This document shows positions 17,352 through 25,603 of a DNA stretch of 32,000 nt, in pieces. The position numbers and the translations under genes are program-made. The notes under the pieces are model-generated. The model was not told the origin of the DNA. It saw only the letters and a program-made list of their open reading frames with translations, and made no database searches. The stretch is from Chloroflexota bacterium (GTDB taxonomy: Bacteria; Chloroflexota; UBA11872; VXOZ01): the NCBI GenBank assembly GCA_964291655.2, contig OZ219801.1, forward strand, positions 755,377 through 787,376, read 5' to 3'. Each line of letters begins with the position of its first letter. Positions within the stretch are counted from its first letter, which is position 1.

Positions 17352-17434
17352 GCTACGGCTTGCCAGCAGGAATGAACCTAACACGCGGCAAGAAGAACAG
17401 TAGCCGAGCACAGGCCTGAGCCACGCGCACCGCT

Positions 17435-17462
17435 TCAGAATAGCAAAAGAGGCCGGTTCCCG
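17435..17462. repeat. 28-bp direct repeat, copy 1
   Basis: tcagaatagcaaaagaggccggttcccg is identical to 17925-17952. Confidence 0.95.
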
Positions 17463-17512
17463 TTCTCAGGATCCGACCTCAAGTCTCAAGGGTTGATTGC
17501 AGAGTCCGTAAA

Positions 17513-17668
17513 GAACCGTTCGTGGTGAGCCTGTCGAACCGTTCGTGGTGAGCTTGTCGAACCGCTCGTGGTGAGCTTGTCGAACCGCTCGTGGTGAGCT
17601 TGTCGAACCATGAATGGTGAGCTTGTCGAACCGCTCGTGGTGAGCTTGTCGAACCATGAATGGTTTGC
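17513..17668. repeat. tandem array of a 23-bp unit, about 6.8 copies (gaaccgctcgtggtgagcttgtc)
   Basis: Units at 17513, 17536, 17559, 17582, 17605, 17628 and a partial one at 17651. The unit contains the reverse complement of the family-A core TTCGACAAGCTCA. Confidence 0.95.
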
Positions 17669-17709
17669 AAGACAGATCCGCAATACCTTTTACCCTTCGA
17701 CAAGCTCAG

Positions 17710-17898
17710 GGCGAACGGAAGGAACCTAATGGCGAACGGATTGAACCTCACGGCGAACTGATGAGACCTCACAGCGTATGGATGGAATCTCGCGGCGAAC
17801 GGATGGGACCTAATGGCGAACGGATTGAACCCCAGGGTGAACGGATGGAATACCAGAATGGACGAATGGGAACTCACGGCGAGCGGATGATACGGATT
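17710..17898. repeat. tandem array of a 21-bp unit, 9 degenerate copies (ggcgaacggattgaacctcac)
   Basis: Units every 21 nt from 17710. The array is open in frames on both strands (GERIEPH-type heptads on plus, PFAVRF-type on minus), which I read as a repeat artefact. Confidence 0.9.
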
Positions 17899-17924
17899 AC
17901 AGCCCTCCGCCTGCAAACTCCCTC

Positions 17925-17952
17925 TCAGAATAGCAAAAGAGGCCGGTTCCCG
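17925..17952. repeat. 28-bp direct repeat, copy 2 (overlaps the terminator stem)
   Basis: Identical to 17435-17462, 490 bp away. Confidence 0.95.
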
Positions 17953-17974
17953 AGCCCAGGAACCGGCCTCTTTA
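17936..17974 (-). terminator. intrinsic terminator of the TusA-like/YeeE operon
   Basis: On the minus strand, AAAGAGGCCGGTTCC-tgggctcg-GGAACCGGCCTCTTT forms a 15-bp stem followed by TTTTGCTATTCTG. It begins about 19 nt after the stop at 17993. Confidence 0.8.
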
Positions 17975-17992
17975 CGAACACCAATTGCGTGC

Positions 17993-18280
17993 CTACTCCG
18001 TTACGTTCAGCGCCGCGAGCTGCTCCTGCAGGTTGGCAAGAAGCTCCTGTGGCTTGGCTTCCTTTTCGGACTTCTTCAAGGTCAGCCGCCATTCCGAATC
18101 GGCGGCTCCCTCGATGCTCGTCTCATAGCCGTTCTTCGCCGCTTCCCAGGGGATAGTGCCGAGCGCAGGCGCGTGGTCGGTGAGCACCTCCAGGGTCTCG
18201 TCACCGTCCAGCTTCTTCAACGCCTCAGCGGTCTTCATCATCGGATACGGGCAAATCTCGCCGCGCACGTCAATCTTCAT
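17993..18280 (-). CDS. TusA/SirA-family sulfur carrier (YeeD/TsuB-like)
   Basis: 95 aa. DVRGEICPYPMMKTAEALKKL contains the CPxP active-site motif. It lies downstream of a YeeE/YedE gene. Confidence 0.88.
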   Translation of the reverse strand: MKIDVRGEICPYPMMKTAEALKKLDGDETLEVLTDHAPALGTIPWEAAKNGYETSIEGAADSEWRLTLKKSEKEAKPQELLANLQEQLAALNVTE

Positions 18281-18405
18281 GGTTAACCGCTCCTGTCAAA
18301 TGCGTTCATCTTCCTTAAGCCTTGTTCAAGCATTATCGTATCACACCGGCGAAACAGCACCCGGGAACCAGCGGGTGAATTGGGCTGCAATTTCCCTTTA
18401 CCCCG

Positions 18406-18425
18406 CCCTCTCCCCATGGAGAGGG
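18406..18425. repeat. family-C hairpin
   Basis: ccctctc-cccatg-gagaggg. A direct duplication atcaagccgctgtgNatc follows at about 18439-18478. Confidence 0.75.
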
Positions 18426-18500
18426 AGTTTACTATTCGATCAAGCCGCTGTGAATCTCAATCAAGCCGCTGTGCATCCCACGCTTCTTACCTGGGCCGCA

Positions 18501-19757
18501 CTACGGAATGCGCTTGATCACCTGCACGCCGAGGTACGCGCCCGGCAGCAACGAGAGACCGAATACCCAGCCGTTGAGCCCGAGAGACGGGATTGCCGAA
18601 AAGAACGCGCCGATGGTGCACCCAATCGCGATACCGGCGCCATACCCCATGAAGGTGCCGCCGATAACTGACTGCACGTAGCGCCGCTTCACCGGCGGCA
18701 CCCGCACCTTGAATTCATTGGCGAGGAGGGCTGCGACCAGCGCCCCGATAATGAGGCCGCCGTCCAGGAACAAGCCTTCACTCGTCCACCAAGAGCCCGT
18801 ACCCAGAGTCAAGTTGCAGCCCGCGAGACCGTCCACACCGAGCAGCGCCGGCGCTTGAATGCGTAAGAGGCCGCTGGCTATGCGGTCCGACCAGGCGGAG
18901 AGCTCACCGGTCACGCCCAAGGGACGGGAGTAGATGTAAATGAAGACGTTTACGACGGCCAGGGCGATAGCGCCAACCGCAATCGGCCAACCCTTGACGA
19001 ACACCACGTCGTATACTTGCCGCAGCTTTGCTCCGAGACTCATTGGGGGCATTTCACTCTTGCCGCCGAGCGCGAAGTTCGGCATGGGGCCGGAACGGTA
19101 CTCCCACCAGTAGCTCAGCAGCACGATGCCGGCAAGCGCCAAGAGAGTCAGCGCCACCGCGCCGCCGTAGCCCAGCCACTTGGGCAAGAAGACCACCGGC
19201 ATGTCGCTAATATGGTTCGTCCACCACCAGTTCCAGGTGAGCGTAGAGAGATATAAGCCAGCCAGAATTCCCGCCAGCGATGCCCATGACGCCACGTAGC
19301 CCTCGCCGATGCGGTACATCGTGCCCGACACGCAGCCGCCGGCAATCACCATGCCGAAGCCAAAAGCCACGCCACCCACCACGAGGTGCAGTCCAATGGG
19401 AATAACGTGCGCGGCGGCGGGTAAGGCGCCAAATGACGGCTCCGGCACCATCATCTGCATGACCAGCCAGAACCCAATCGTGGCGACGCCAATCGCCACT
19501 GCCAGAGCTCGCATGGTGCTGGCGTCGCGCATGAGAAAGATGTCGCGGAAGCCGGAAGCAAAGCAAAGGCGACTGCGCTGGAGAATCGCCCCAAACGCCA
19601 GTCCAAACAGCCACATAACAGCTAAGGTGGAGTTCACTACGGCAAGGTACGCCAGGAAAATCACAACTGCCGCCACCACGGCGACGCGCGTAACGACACG
19701 ACCTGAAAGGAGTTGCCCCTGTGCGCTCGTCTCTTGGGCTTCAACATTTGTGCTCAT
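18501..19757 (-). CDS. YeeE/YedE-family sulfur-compound (thiosulfate) transporter
   Basis: 418 aa and polytopic. It has the duplicated sulphur-transport domain with conserved Cys sites (LQRSRLCFASGFRD, IAGGCVSGTMYR, AIGCTIGAF). Confidence 0.88.
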   Translation of the reverse strand: MSTNVEAQETSAQGQLLSGRVVTRVAVVAAVVIFLAYLAVVNSTLAVMWLFGLAFGAILQRSRLCFASGFRDIFLMRDASTMRALAVAIGVATIGFWLVMQMMVPEPSFGALPAAAHVIPIGLHLVVGGVAFGFGMVIAGGCVSGTMYRIGEGYVASWASLAGILAGLYLSTLTWNWWWTNHISDMPVVFLPKWLGYGGAVALTLLALAGIVLLSYWWEYRSGPMPNFALGGKSEMPPMSLGAKLRQVYDVVFVKGWPIAVGAIALAVVNVFIYIYSRPLGVTGELSAWSDRIASGLLRIQAPALLGVDGLAGCNLTLGTGSWWTSEGLFLDGGLIIGALVAALLANEFKVRVPPVKRRYVQSVIGGTFMGYGAGIAIGCTIGAFFSAIPSLGLNGWVFGLSLLPGAYLGVQVIKRIP

Positions 19758-20145
19758 GGGTGTCTCTCACAGCCTAAAGGATTGCTGAAATTCCGTTTTC
19801 ATCAATGCGCCTGCTGCACATGGTAGCACACGCACGCGGTTGTACATGTATGCGAAACTACATTACAAGACTATGATGACTTAGTTGGTTCGATTTATCA
19901 AGTATATAGTGTTCACTGTACTCCCATTGCTTGCCCTGCATGCATTTACGACCTTGTTATGTGAGGCAAGCTTGGACCCATGAAGCGAGACGGTGGTTGC
20001 TCCGCTGAAGCAGCTTAGGTGCACCATTGCATCCGCTCCGGTTGACATAGTCTGACTGTTCCCGCTAGCGTGAATACGTCCCTCACAGCCAAAGCGGCGC
20101 GACCCGCAAGGCGCACGTAATGCCACAAACCATGCTGAACACTGA

Positions 20146-20844
20146 ATGGCTAATTCGGCAAGTGCCAGTTTTCATCTCGACATGAACCGTTGGTCTAGAA
20201 TCCCACAGGCACTCTGTCTCGTGCTCTTCCCGCTCAGCTTCTTGCTGCTGAGCAACACGACCCTGCATCCGGGGTTTGCCGGGACGCCGGCGGAGCAGAT
20301 TCGGGGCTTGGCTGCAGATGCCGCGAGATGGCAATTGGTGCACGCCGGTCTGGCCGGAGGAAGCCTGCTGGGCTTAGGGGCCATCCTCACCCTCCGATCC
20401 CTGCTGCCTCGCCCGCGCATTGCCGCAAACGTCATCACGGCAATCGGCATAGTAGCGACCACATTGCTGACTGGAGTATTCATGCAAGAGGCAATGGTCG
20501 TGCCGGAGCTTGCGAAGGCGTGCGTGGATTCCGGCGAGGCCTGCCTCTCTCTTGCCAACCAAGCGTTTGTAGACCGTTTCACCGATCTTGCCCTGAACCG
20601 TGTGCCGCTCCTGTTCCAAGGCGGGGCAACTTTAATGGCGTCGATTTTCGCACTTGGCCTGGTGGGGCAGCGCGCGCGGGCGTTGGTCTTGAGGGAGTCG
20701 CTGCCGCTCATGGTGGGAGCGACGATCGTTTTTCTCTATGGCCCAGGATTGCACGGCGTACCGCTGGGACTGCCCTTCATCGGGTTCCTCATCCTGCTGG
20801 CCGGATTTGGTTTGCTGTCGATCCGGCTCTTGCGAACACCATAG
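20146..20844 (+). CDS. hypothetical integral membrane protein
   Basis: 232 aa with about 5-6 hydrophobic helices. No motif recognised. Confidence 0.6.
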   Translation: MANSASASFHLDMNRWSRIPQALCLVLFPLSFLLLSNTTLHPGFAGTPAEQIRGLAADAARWQLVHAGLAGGSLLGLGAILTLRSLLPRPRIAANVITAIGIVATTLLTGVFMQEAMVVPELAKACVDSGEACLSLANQAFVDRFTDLALNRVPLLFQGGATLMASIFALGLVGQRARALVLRESLPLMVGATIVFLYGPGLHGVPLGLPFIGFLILLAGFGLLSIRLLRTP

Positions 20845-21031
20845 AGAGAAATCTGTCTTGGAGTTCTCGTAGATTGAGTCTTTGAGCGAGGCACACTCCG
20901 CTGGTACAATAGGGAGACAGCAGAGTCCTCCAAGAGTTGCCCGTTCCGTGTGGCGGGTAAGTCCTATGGAAAAATGCCGCCCTTGCCTAACGATTGCTCG
21001 TTGGGATAGGGGCAATAGTTTGGGTCGATAG

Positions 21032-21108
21032 CGGGGTGTGGCGCAGCCTGGTAGCGCGCTTGAATGGGGTTCAAGAGGCCCCCGGTTCAAATCCGGGCAC
21101 CCCGACCA
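21032..21108 (+). tRNA. tRNA-Pro (anticodon GGG)
   Basis: Hand-folded cloverleaf: acceptor CGGGGTG/CACCCCG, D arm GCGC-AGCCTGGTA-GCGC, anticodon arm CTTGA-ATGGGGT-TCAAG, T arm CCCGG-TTCAAAT-CCGGG, discriminator A and an encoded CCA. Confidence 0.93.
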
Positions 21109-21146
21109 CATATAATTACTCTTCCCCTCTACGCATAGCCCTAGGC

Positions 21147-21539
21147 CTATGCCAGTGGCGCGACGGAAGCCCCTTCGCCTAGGCGCGCCAGAACCAGAGC
21201 CTGCAGGGCCGGCACATCCGGCGTCTCATTCAACTCGTCGGCAGAGACGAGAAGAGTGATTTCTTCTCCTGCTTCCACGTAGACGGCAGGCAGCTTCTCA
21301 GCCAAGAGAGGTGCGTGTCTTCCCGTTAGTTCATTGCGGTGAAGAAAGACTGCCGTCAGCGGCAGTTCCTGCACGAATCGCCGCCAAGCAGGCTTCATGC
21401 CAAGATTGCCGAACGTGATCTGGCACAGACTACAGGGGTAGGTCTGGGGCGACACTATTTTGTGCACGTAGTCCTTGAGCTGCGCAATCACTCCGGAATC
21501 GGCGTTGTAAACGAAGAGTATCCGGCCGTCTCTTGCCAT
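21147..21539 (-). CDS. hypothetical small protein with a CxxC motif
   Basis: 130 aa counted from the ATG at 21539, which is preceded by GAGAGGAAGG. The block ILFVYNADSGVIAQLKDYVHKIVSPQTYPCSLCQITFGNLGMKPAWRRF looks like a conserved uncharacterised family. No function is assigned. Confidence 0.6.
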   Translation of the reverse strand: MARDGRILFVYNADSGVIAQLKDYVHKIVSPQTYPCSLCQITFGNLGMKPAWRRFVQELPLTAVFLHRNELTGRHAPLLAEKLPAVYVEAGEEITLLVSADELNETPDVPALQALVLARLGEGASVAPLA

Positions 21540-21693
21540 CGGGCAACGCCTTCCTCTCAGCACGCACCTTACTCAGTGGCCGCCATTTCCACTTGTTTCC
21601 GCCGGGGCGCACTGTGCCTCAACGGGTGCACTGAAGCACCAAGCGGTCTCTTCTCAAAATCAAGCACATACCTGACAACCGTAATCCAGCTTG

Positions 21694-22539
21694 TCAGACA
21701 GTTTGCAGCGGCACAATGGAGTGGGAAGCGAGCGTCTCGTTGAGGGAACCCGAGCGGTAGCCCTGCATGTCAAGAGCCACGTACTTGAATCCGACCTCCT
21801 TGAGGGCCGCGACGATCTGTGTATGAACGTCATTCTCAAAGAGCCGCAGCAGGTCTTCCGCCGGCGCCTCAATCCGCGCTATGTCGCCATGGTGGCGCAC
21901 GCGCACCAGACGAAAGCCGAGCTTGTGTAAGTAGAGTTCTGCTTGGTCAACTTCGTGCAGCCTTTCCAGCGTGACGCGCATGCCGTAGGGAATGCGCGAG
22001 GCCAGACATGCACCGGCAGGCTTATCCCACGTCGGTAGCCCAAGCTCCTTTGAGAGCTGCCGGACTTCATGTTTCTGGAGTTCGGCTTCCACCAACGGCG
22101 CGCGGGCATTGAGCAGCTTAGCCGCCTCCATGCCCGGGCGATGATCGCCAAGATCGTCCATGATGCCGCCGTAAATGATCGTGTCAAAGCCCTCTTCTTG
22201 GGCGATAACTTGCATTTCCGTGAAGAGTTCCTTCTTGCAGTGGAAACAGCGGTCGGGATTGTTGACGGCGTACTCTTCTCTTTCAAGCTCGTGGGTCTCG
22301 ATGAGGCGATGCTCAATGCCGATCTCGGCCGCATAGACTTTCGCCTCTTCCAATTCAGTCGCCGGGTAGGTCGGCGAAAGCGCCGTAACGGCAACAGCGT
22401 CACGATCCAGCACGGCATAGGCAACTTTCGCTAGAAAGGTGCTATCAACCCCTCCTGAGAAAGCGATGAGCGTCCGCCCCATACCTCTTATGAGTTGCGC
22501 GAGATTCTCATACTTTTCGTTGAGTGCTACCGTAGCCAT
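21694..22539 (-). CDS. larE: LarE-type PP-loop ATP-dependent sulfurtransferase (TIGR00268-like)
   Basis: 281 aa. It has the PP-loop AFSGGVDSTFL, a CFHCKKELF pair of cysteines, and GACLASRIPYG at the position of the LarE catalytic Cys. Confidence 0.85.
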   Translation of the reverse strand: MATVALNEKYENLAQLIRGMGRTLIAFSGGVDSTFLAKVAYAVLDRDAVAVTALSPTYPATELEEAKVYAAEIGIEHRLIETHELEREEYAVNNPDRCFHCKKELFTEMQVIAQEEGFDTIIYGGIMDDLGDHRPGMEAAKLLNARAPLVEAELQKHEVRQLSKELGLPTWDKPAGACLASRIPYGMRVTLERLHEVDQAELYLHKLGFRLVRVRHHGDIARIEAPAEDLLRLFENDVHTQIVAALKEVGFKYVALDMQGYRSGSLNETLASHSIVPLQTV

Positions 22540-22740
22540 CCATCAACCTCCCAGGGTCTTTCGTTTTGAATCCATCACCTTGCCGGAGCGACGGCCGGCG
22601 ATTACGTAGGCTGCGCCTGCAAATCGGTTCTGCACTATCATTCTACGTGAAACGAACCATTACCGCGCAGCGCACTAAAGGGGAGAGGCCTGGCAACGCA
22701 CAGGATAACACACGTTAGAAGGTGCACTGTGGGATGCGCG

Positions 22741-23292
22741 CTAGAATATCTCATCCGGGTCGAGGGTAAAACCGTGCAGCGTGGGCGAAGTCAGATTTTG
22801 CCCGGGGCCGTAGATGCCCGTGAGGGCAAAGCCGCGTTCTGATAGCAGCAGCACCGTTACGGTCTTGGCATCGGGGTCCACCAGCCAGTACTCTTTTACG
22901 CCGTGTGCAGCGTAGAGATCTCGTTTGAACGTCCCGTCGCGCGCGGCGGTGGCGGGAGAGAGGATTTCGACCACTACGTCTGGCGCGCCGCGGACGTTGT
23001 CACCGTTGCGGAGCATGTGCTCTCGTTCCCTGGCAACAAAGAGCAAGTCAGGCTGGACGACGTCTGTGTTCGACAGCACTACGTCGCACGGCGCGGCAAA
23101 GACCTGTCCCAGACCTCTCTCCTGCACGAATACGTGGAAGAGCGCTCCGAGTTGCATAGCAACCCTTTGGTGGGATAGGCGTGGCGCCGGCGCCATCACT
23201 AACTCTCCGTCCAACAGTTCGTAACGCTCATCGTCTGGGGTATTTCGGTAGTCGTCGTATGTCAATTTGATGGCGGGCGTAGAACTAGCCAT
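22741..23292 (-). CDS. Uma2-family (DUF820) PD-(D/E)xK endonuclease
   Basis: 183 aa. It shows YELLDGELVMAPAPRLSHQRV, QPDLLFV, VVEILSP and GVKEYWLVDP, which are the typical Uma2 blocks. Confidence 0.85.
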   Translation of the reverse strand: MASSTPAIKLTYDDYRNTPDDERYELLDGELVMAPAPRLSHQRVAMQLGALFHVFVQERGLGQVFAAPCDVVLSNTDVVQPDLLFVAREREHMLRNGDNVRGAPDVVVEILSPATAARDGTFKRDLYAAHGVKEYWLVDPDAKTVTVLLLSERGFALTGIYGPGQNLTSPTLHGFTLDPDEIF

Positions 23293-23484
23293 GTCTGCCC
23301 TCCTATCTGCGAAATCAACCGCGTACGAATAGCGCTTTTAGCGACCGTGGACACAACCTTACTGCCATTCTATGCGAAACGAAGCCTTGCGGTCATGCGC
23401 GGCAAAGCGAGAATCTGCGCATACCAAGGGCGGCACGGCAACGCCAGAGGACTCCGGCATATACGCTTGCCTTGCGCGGCTTCT

Positions 23485-23931
23485 TCACACCGTATCCGGC
23501 ACAACCTGCAATGGTACGGCACCAATCTCGCGTTGCCGTATCGTGTAGCCGCGCACGTCCGGTTCTGCCGGGTTCGCCAGCGAAATGACAACGTGCACTG
23601 CCCCCGGATACCGTTCGGCCAATTCGCCGTCGCCCATGTCGAACTCCGCTTCGGCTACGTCTGTCGCCGATGGATACGCCGGAGAGGCAATATGGGAATG
23701 GAATATTCCCACGATTTGCCAGTCTCGCTCGTATTCCACCGTACGTATGATGTGCAGCAGGTCCTCCGGATGTATAGTGAAGCGAATTGGGCTCGCCGCG
23801 GCATTCCGCGCCGGAAAAACCGCCAACACACTGCCGTCCGTACCGCCCAGCATACCGCAGCCTTCATTGGGCGCCTCGGCGCGCACGTGGGCGATCATCT
23901 CATCGATTTGCGTGGCCGTAATTCGTAGCAC
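23485..23931 (-). CDS. JAMM/MPN+ metallopeptidase (Mec/CysO-hydrolase-like)
   Basis: 148 aa. It has EGCGMLGG (catalytic Glu) and the JAMM motif HSHIASPAYPSATD. GTG start. Confidence 0.88.
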   Translation of the reverse strand: MLRITATQIDEMIAHVRAEAPNEGCGMLGGTDGSVLAVFPARNAAASPIRFTIHPEDLLHIIRTVEYERDWQIVGIFHSHIASPAYPSATDVAEAEFDMGDGELAERYPGAVHVVISLANPAEPDVRGYTIRQREIGAVPLQVVPDTV

Positions 23932-24009
23932 GGTCTACCAGCGTCTTACTTTTCTCATGTTTGTCGATGAGTTGCAGGATCTTCACCCGGACTTCTTGTG
24001 CCCCGCTGA

Positions 24010-24873
24010 CTACGAAACCGTACCGGAAGTCACGTCTAACGTTTGCTCCACGGCCGGCATGCCGCAAAATGCCTCGTAGTCGATCAACTCGGTAACTGTC
24101 GGGTTGTCGCCGCAAACTGGGCACGCGGGATCGCGCCGCAGCTTGACCTCATGGAAAGAGAGCGCCAGCGCATCGAAGAGCAAGAGCCGGTTAGTCAACG
24201 TATCGCCAATCCCCAGCAGCAGCTTTGCGGTCTCTACGGCCTGGATGGAACCCACAATGCCGGGCAAGACTCCCAACACGCCAGCCTCAGAGCAAGAAGG
24301 CGCCATTTCCGGGGGCGGCGGTTCGGGATAGAGGCACCGATAGCAGCCTTTGCCGGGCTCGAACACCGTCGCCTGGCCCTCAAACCGGAAAATGCTGCCG
24401 TGCACGACCGGCTTACTCAAGAAGAGAGCCGCGTCGTTGACGAGGTACCGCGTGGGAAAGTTATCCGTGCCGTCTACAATCACGTCGTAGTCGGCAAAGA
24501 CGTCCATCACGTTATCGGAATTAAGGTGATCGGTATGCGCGACCACGTTCACGTCGGGGTTAACTTCACGCAAGCGGTCCTGGGCGGAGGCTACTTTCAG
24601 CCTGCCCACATCGGAGTGTCCGTGGAGGATCTGTCGTTGTAAGTTGCTCAGGTCAACTTCGTCGAAGTCAACAATTCCCAGCGTGCCGACACCGGCCGCC
24701 GCCAAATAGAGCGCCGCAGGCGAGCCCAGGCCGCCTGCGCCAAGCAGCAGGACCTTGGCATTCATTAGCTTGCGCTGGCCGATCGGGCCAACCTCTGTCA
24801 ATATAATGTGCCTGCTGTAGCGCTGTACCTGTTCCGGCGTAAAGAGACTACGCCGATTAGCAACCTTACTCAT
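24010..24873 (-). CDS. MoeB/ThiF/MoeZ-type E1-like adenylyltransferase (no rhodanese domain)
   Basis: Shows RYSRHIIL, LLLGAGGLGSPAALYLAAAGVG, SNLQRQ, and CYRC plus CPVCG zinc cysteines. The ATG at 24873, preceded by GAAGGAGGAG, is preferred over the track start at 24966, which would overlap the Rrf2 gene. Confidence 0.9.
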   Translation of the reverse strand: MSKVANRRSLFTPEQVQRYSRHIILTEVGPIGQRKLMNAKVLLLGAGGLGSPAALYLAAAGVGTLGIVDFDEVDLSNLQRQILHGHSDVGRLKVASAQDRLREVNPDVNVVAHTDHLNSDNVMDVFADYDVIVDGTDNFPTRYLVNDAALFLSKPVVHGSIFRFEGQATVFEPGKGCYRCLYPEPPPPEMAPSCSEAGVLGVLPGIVGSIQAVETAKLLLGIGDTLTNRLLLFDALALSFHEVKLRRDPACPVCGDNPTVTELIDYEAFCGMPAVEQTLDVTSGTVS

Positions 24874-24907
24874 GTGCTCCTCCTTCGTTCTCCTGCGTTG
24901 ACTGGCA

Positions 24908-25345
24908 TTAGATATAGTATACGATGCGCTCGCGCCGTTCTTTCTCACGAGCGACCAGATCGGCAATAGTGTGACGGCTCAAGATCGACTCCACCGCTGA
25001 CTGCACTTCCTGCCACACTTCGCGTTGCCCGCATCCTGGCACCAACGAGCAGAAGGGTATGTTCTCCAGGCATTCAACCGGCGTAAACGGACCTTCCAGG
25101 GTAGAGACCACGAGTTCCATAGTGATCTGATCCGGCGACCGCGCCAGTTCGTGCCCGCCCTGTGGGCCGCGAATGCTGCGCACAATGCCGGCCTTGCGCA
25201 GCGCGGTCAGCAGTTGGTCCAGATACGCTTCGGGTATGAACTGCCGCTGCGCGATCGCCGCGCTCTGCACAAGCCCTTGCCCGTAACGATGTCCCAAATC
25301 TACCACTGCGCGGACTGCATAGTCCGCTTTCATAGAAATTCGCAT
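24908..25345 (-). CDS. Rrf2-family transcriptional regulator (IscR/CymR-like)
   Basis: MRISMKADYAVRAVVDLG is a winged-helix N-terminus. Three clustered Cys (CLENIPFCSLVPGC) are spaced as in Fe-S-binding Rrf2 proteins. The ATG at 25345 is preferred to the TTG at 25360. Confidence 0.88.
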   Translation of the reverse strand: MRISMKADYAVRAVVDLGHRYGQGLVQSAAIAQRQFIPEAYLDQLLTALRKAGIVRSIRGPQGGHELARSPDQITMELVVSTLEGPFTPVECLENIPFCSLVPGCGQREVWQEVQSAVESILSRHTIADLVAREKERRERIVYYI

Positions 25346-25377
25346 GACGGTCTTGCCCAATTAAATGCGTAACTATT

Positions 25378-25400
25378 GTTAACTAATTCACTTAGTTAAC
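25378..25400. promoter_or_regulatory. perfect palindrome GTTAACTAA-N5-TTAGTTAAC, candidate Rrf2 operator
   Basis: A 9-bp perfect inverted repeat in an AT-rich patch, 33-55 nt upstream of the Rrf2 start. It overlaps plausible -35/-10 hexamers on the minus strand. Confidence 0.55.
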
Positions 25401-25603
25401 ATGATACTCGCGGTGGTGCCAGCTTCGCAAGAGACAGGTGTTGAACTTCGCGCTGCGGCAGCCTAAGCCCGGCGGTTCGGAGGGAAACGAATGGCGCGCA
25501 AGACCTCGAGCCGTGGATAGGCCGGGTCCAAAATTCACGTATCTCATTTCGACATGAGACCGCAATGCGCGCCAGACTTAAGCGCCTGATGTGCGGCGTT
25601 GAC

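Noticed and set aside
17479-18156. Track ORFs of 145 aa (minus) and 166 aa (plus) across the 21-bp array, with heptad-like repeats
   Set aside because: Both strands are open only because the repeat period is a multiple of 3. The plus ORF runs through the terminator and antisense into the TusA-like gene. There is no RBS or start context. I treat the region as non-coding.
23293-24124. Search for a ThiS/MoaD/CysO-like carrier, including the 74-aa (23900-24124) and 73-aa (23370-23591) minus ORFs
   Set aside because: Neither ends in Gly-Gly nor looks beta-grasp-like. Both overlap the better-supported E1 and JAMM genes in other frames. The intergenic gaps (78 and 192 nt) are too short.
24874-24966. 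N-terminal 31-aa extension of the E1-like ORF in the track (start at 24966)
   Set aside because: The extension overlaps the end of the Rrf2 gene. The internal ATG at 24873 has a strong GGAGG RBS and gives the canonical MoeB/ThiF N-terminus.
25540-25603. Short hairpin tctcat-ttcgac-atgaga downstream of the NYN-TPR stop, considered as a terminator
   Set aside because: The stem is only 6 bp, AT-rich and has a poor U-tract, which is too weak to call.
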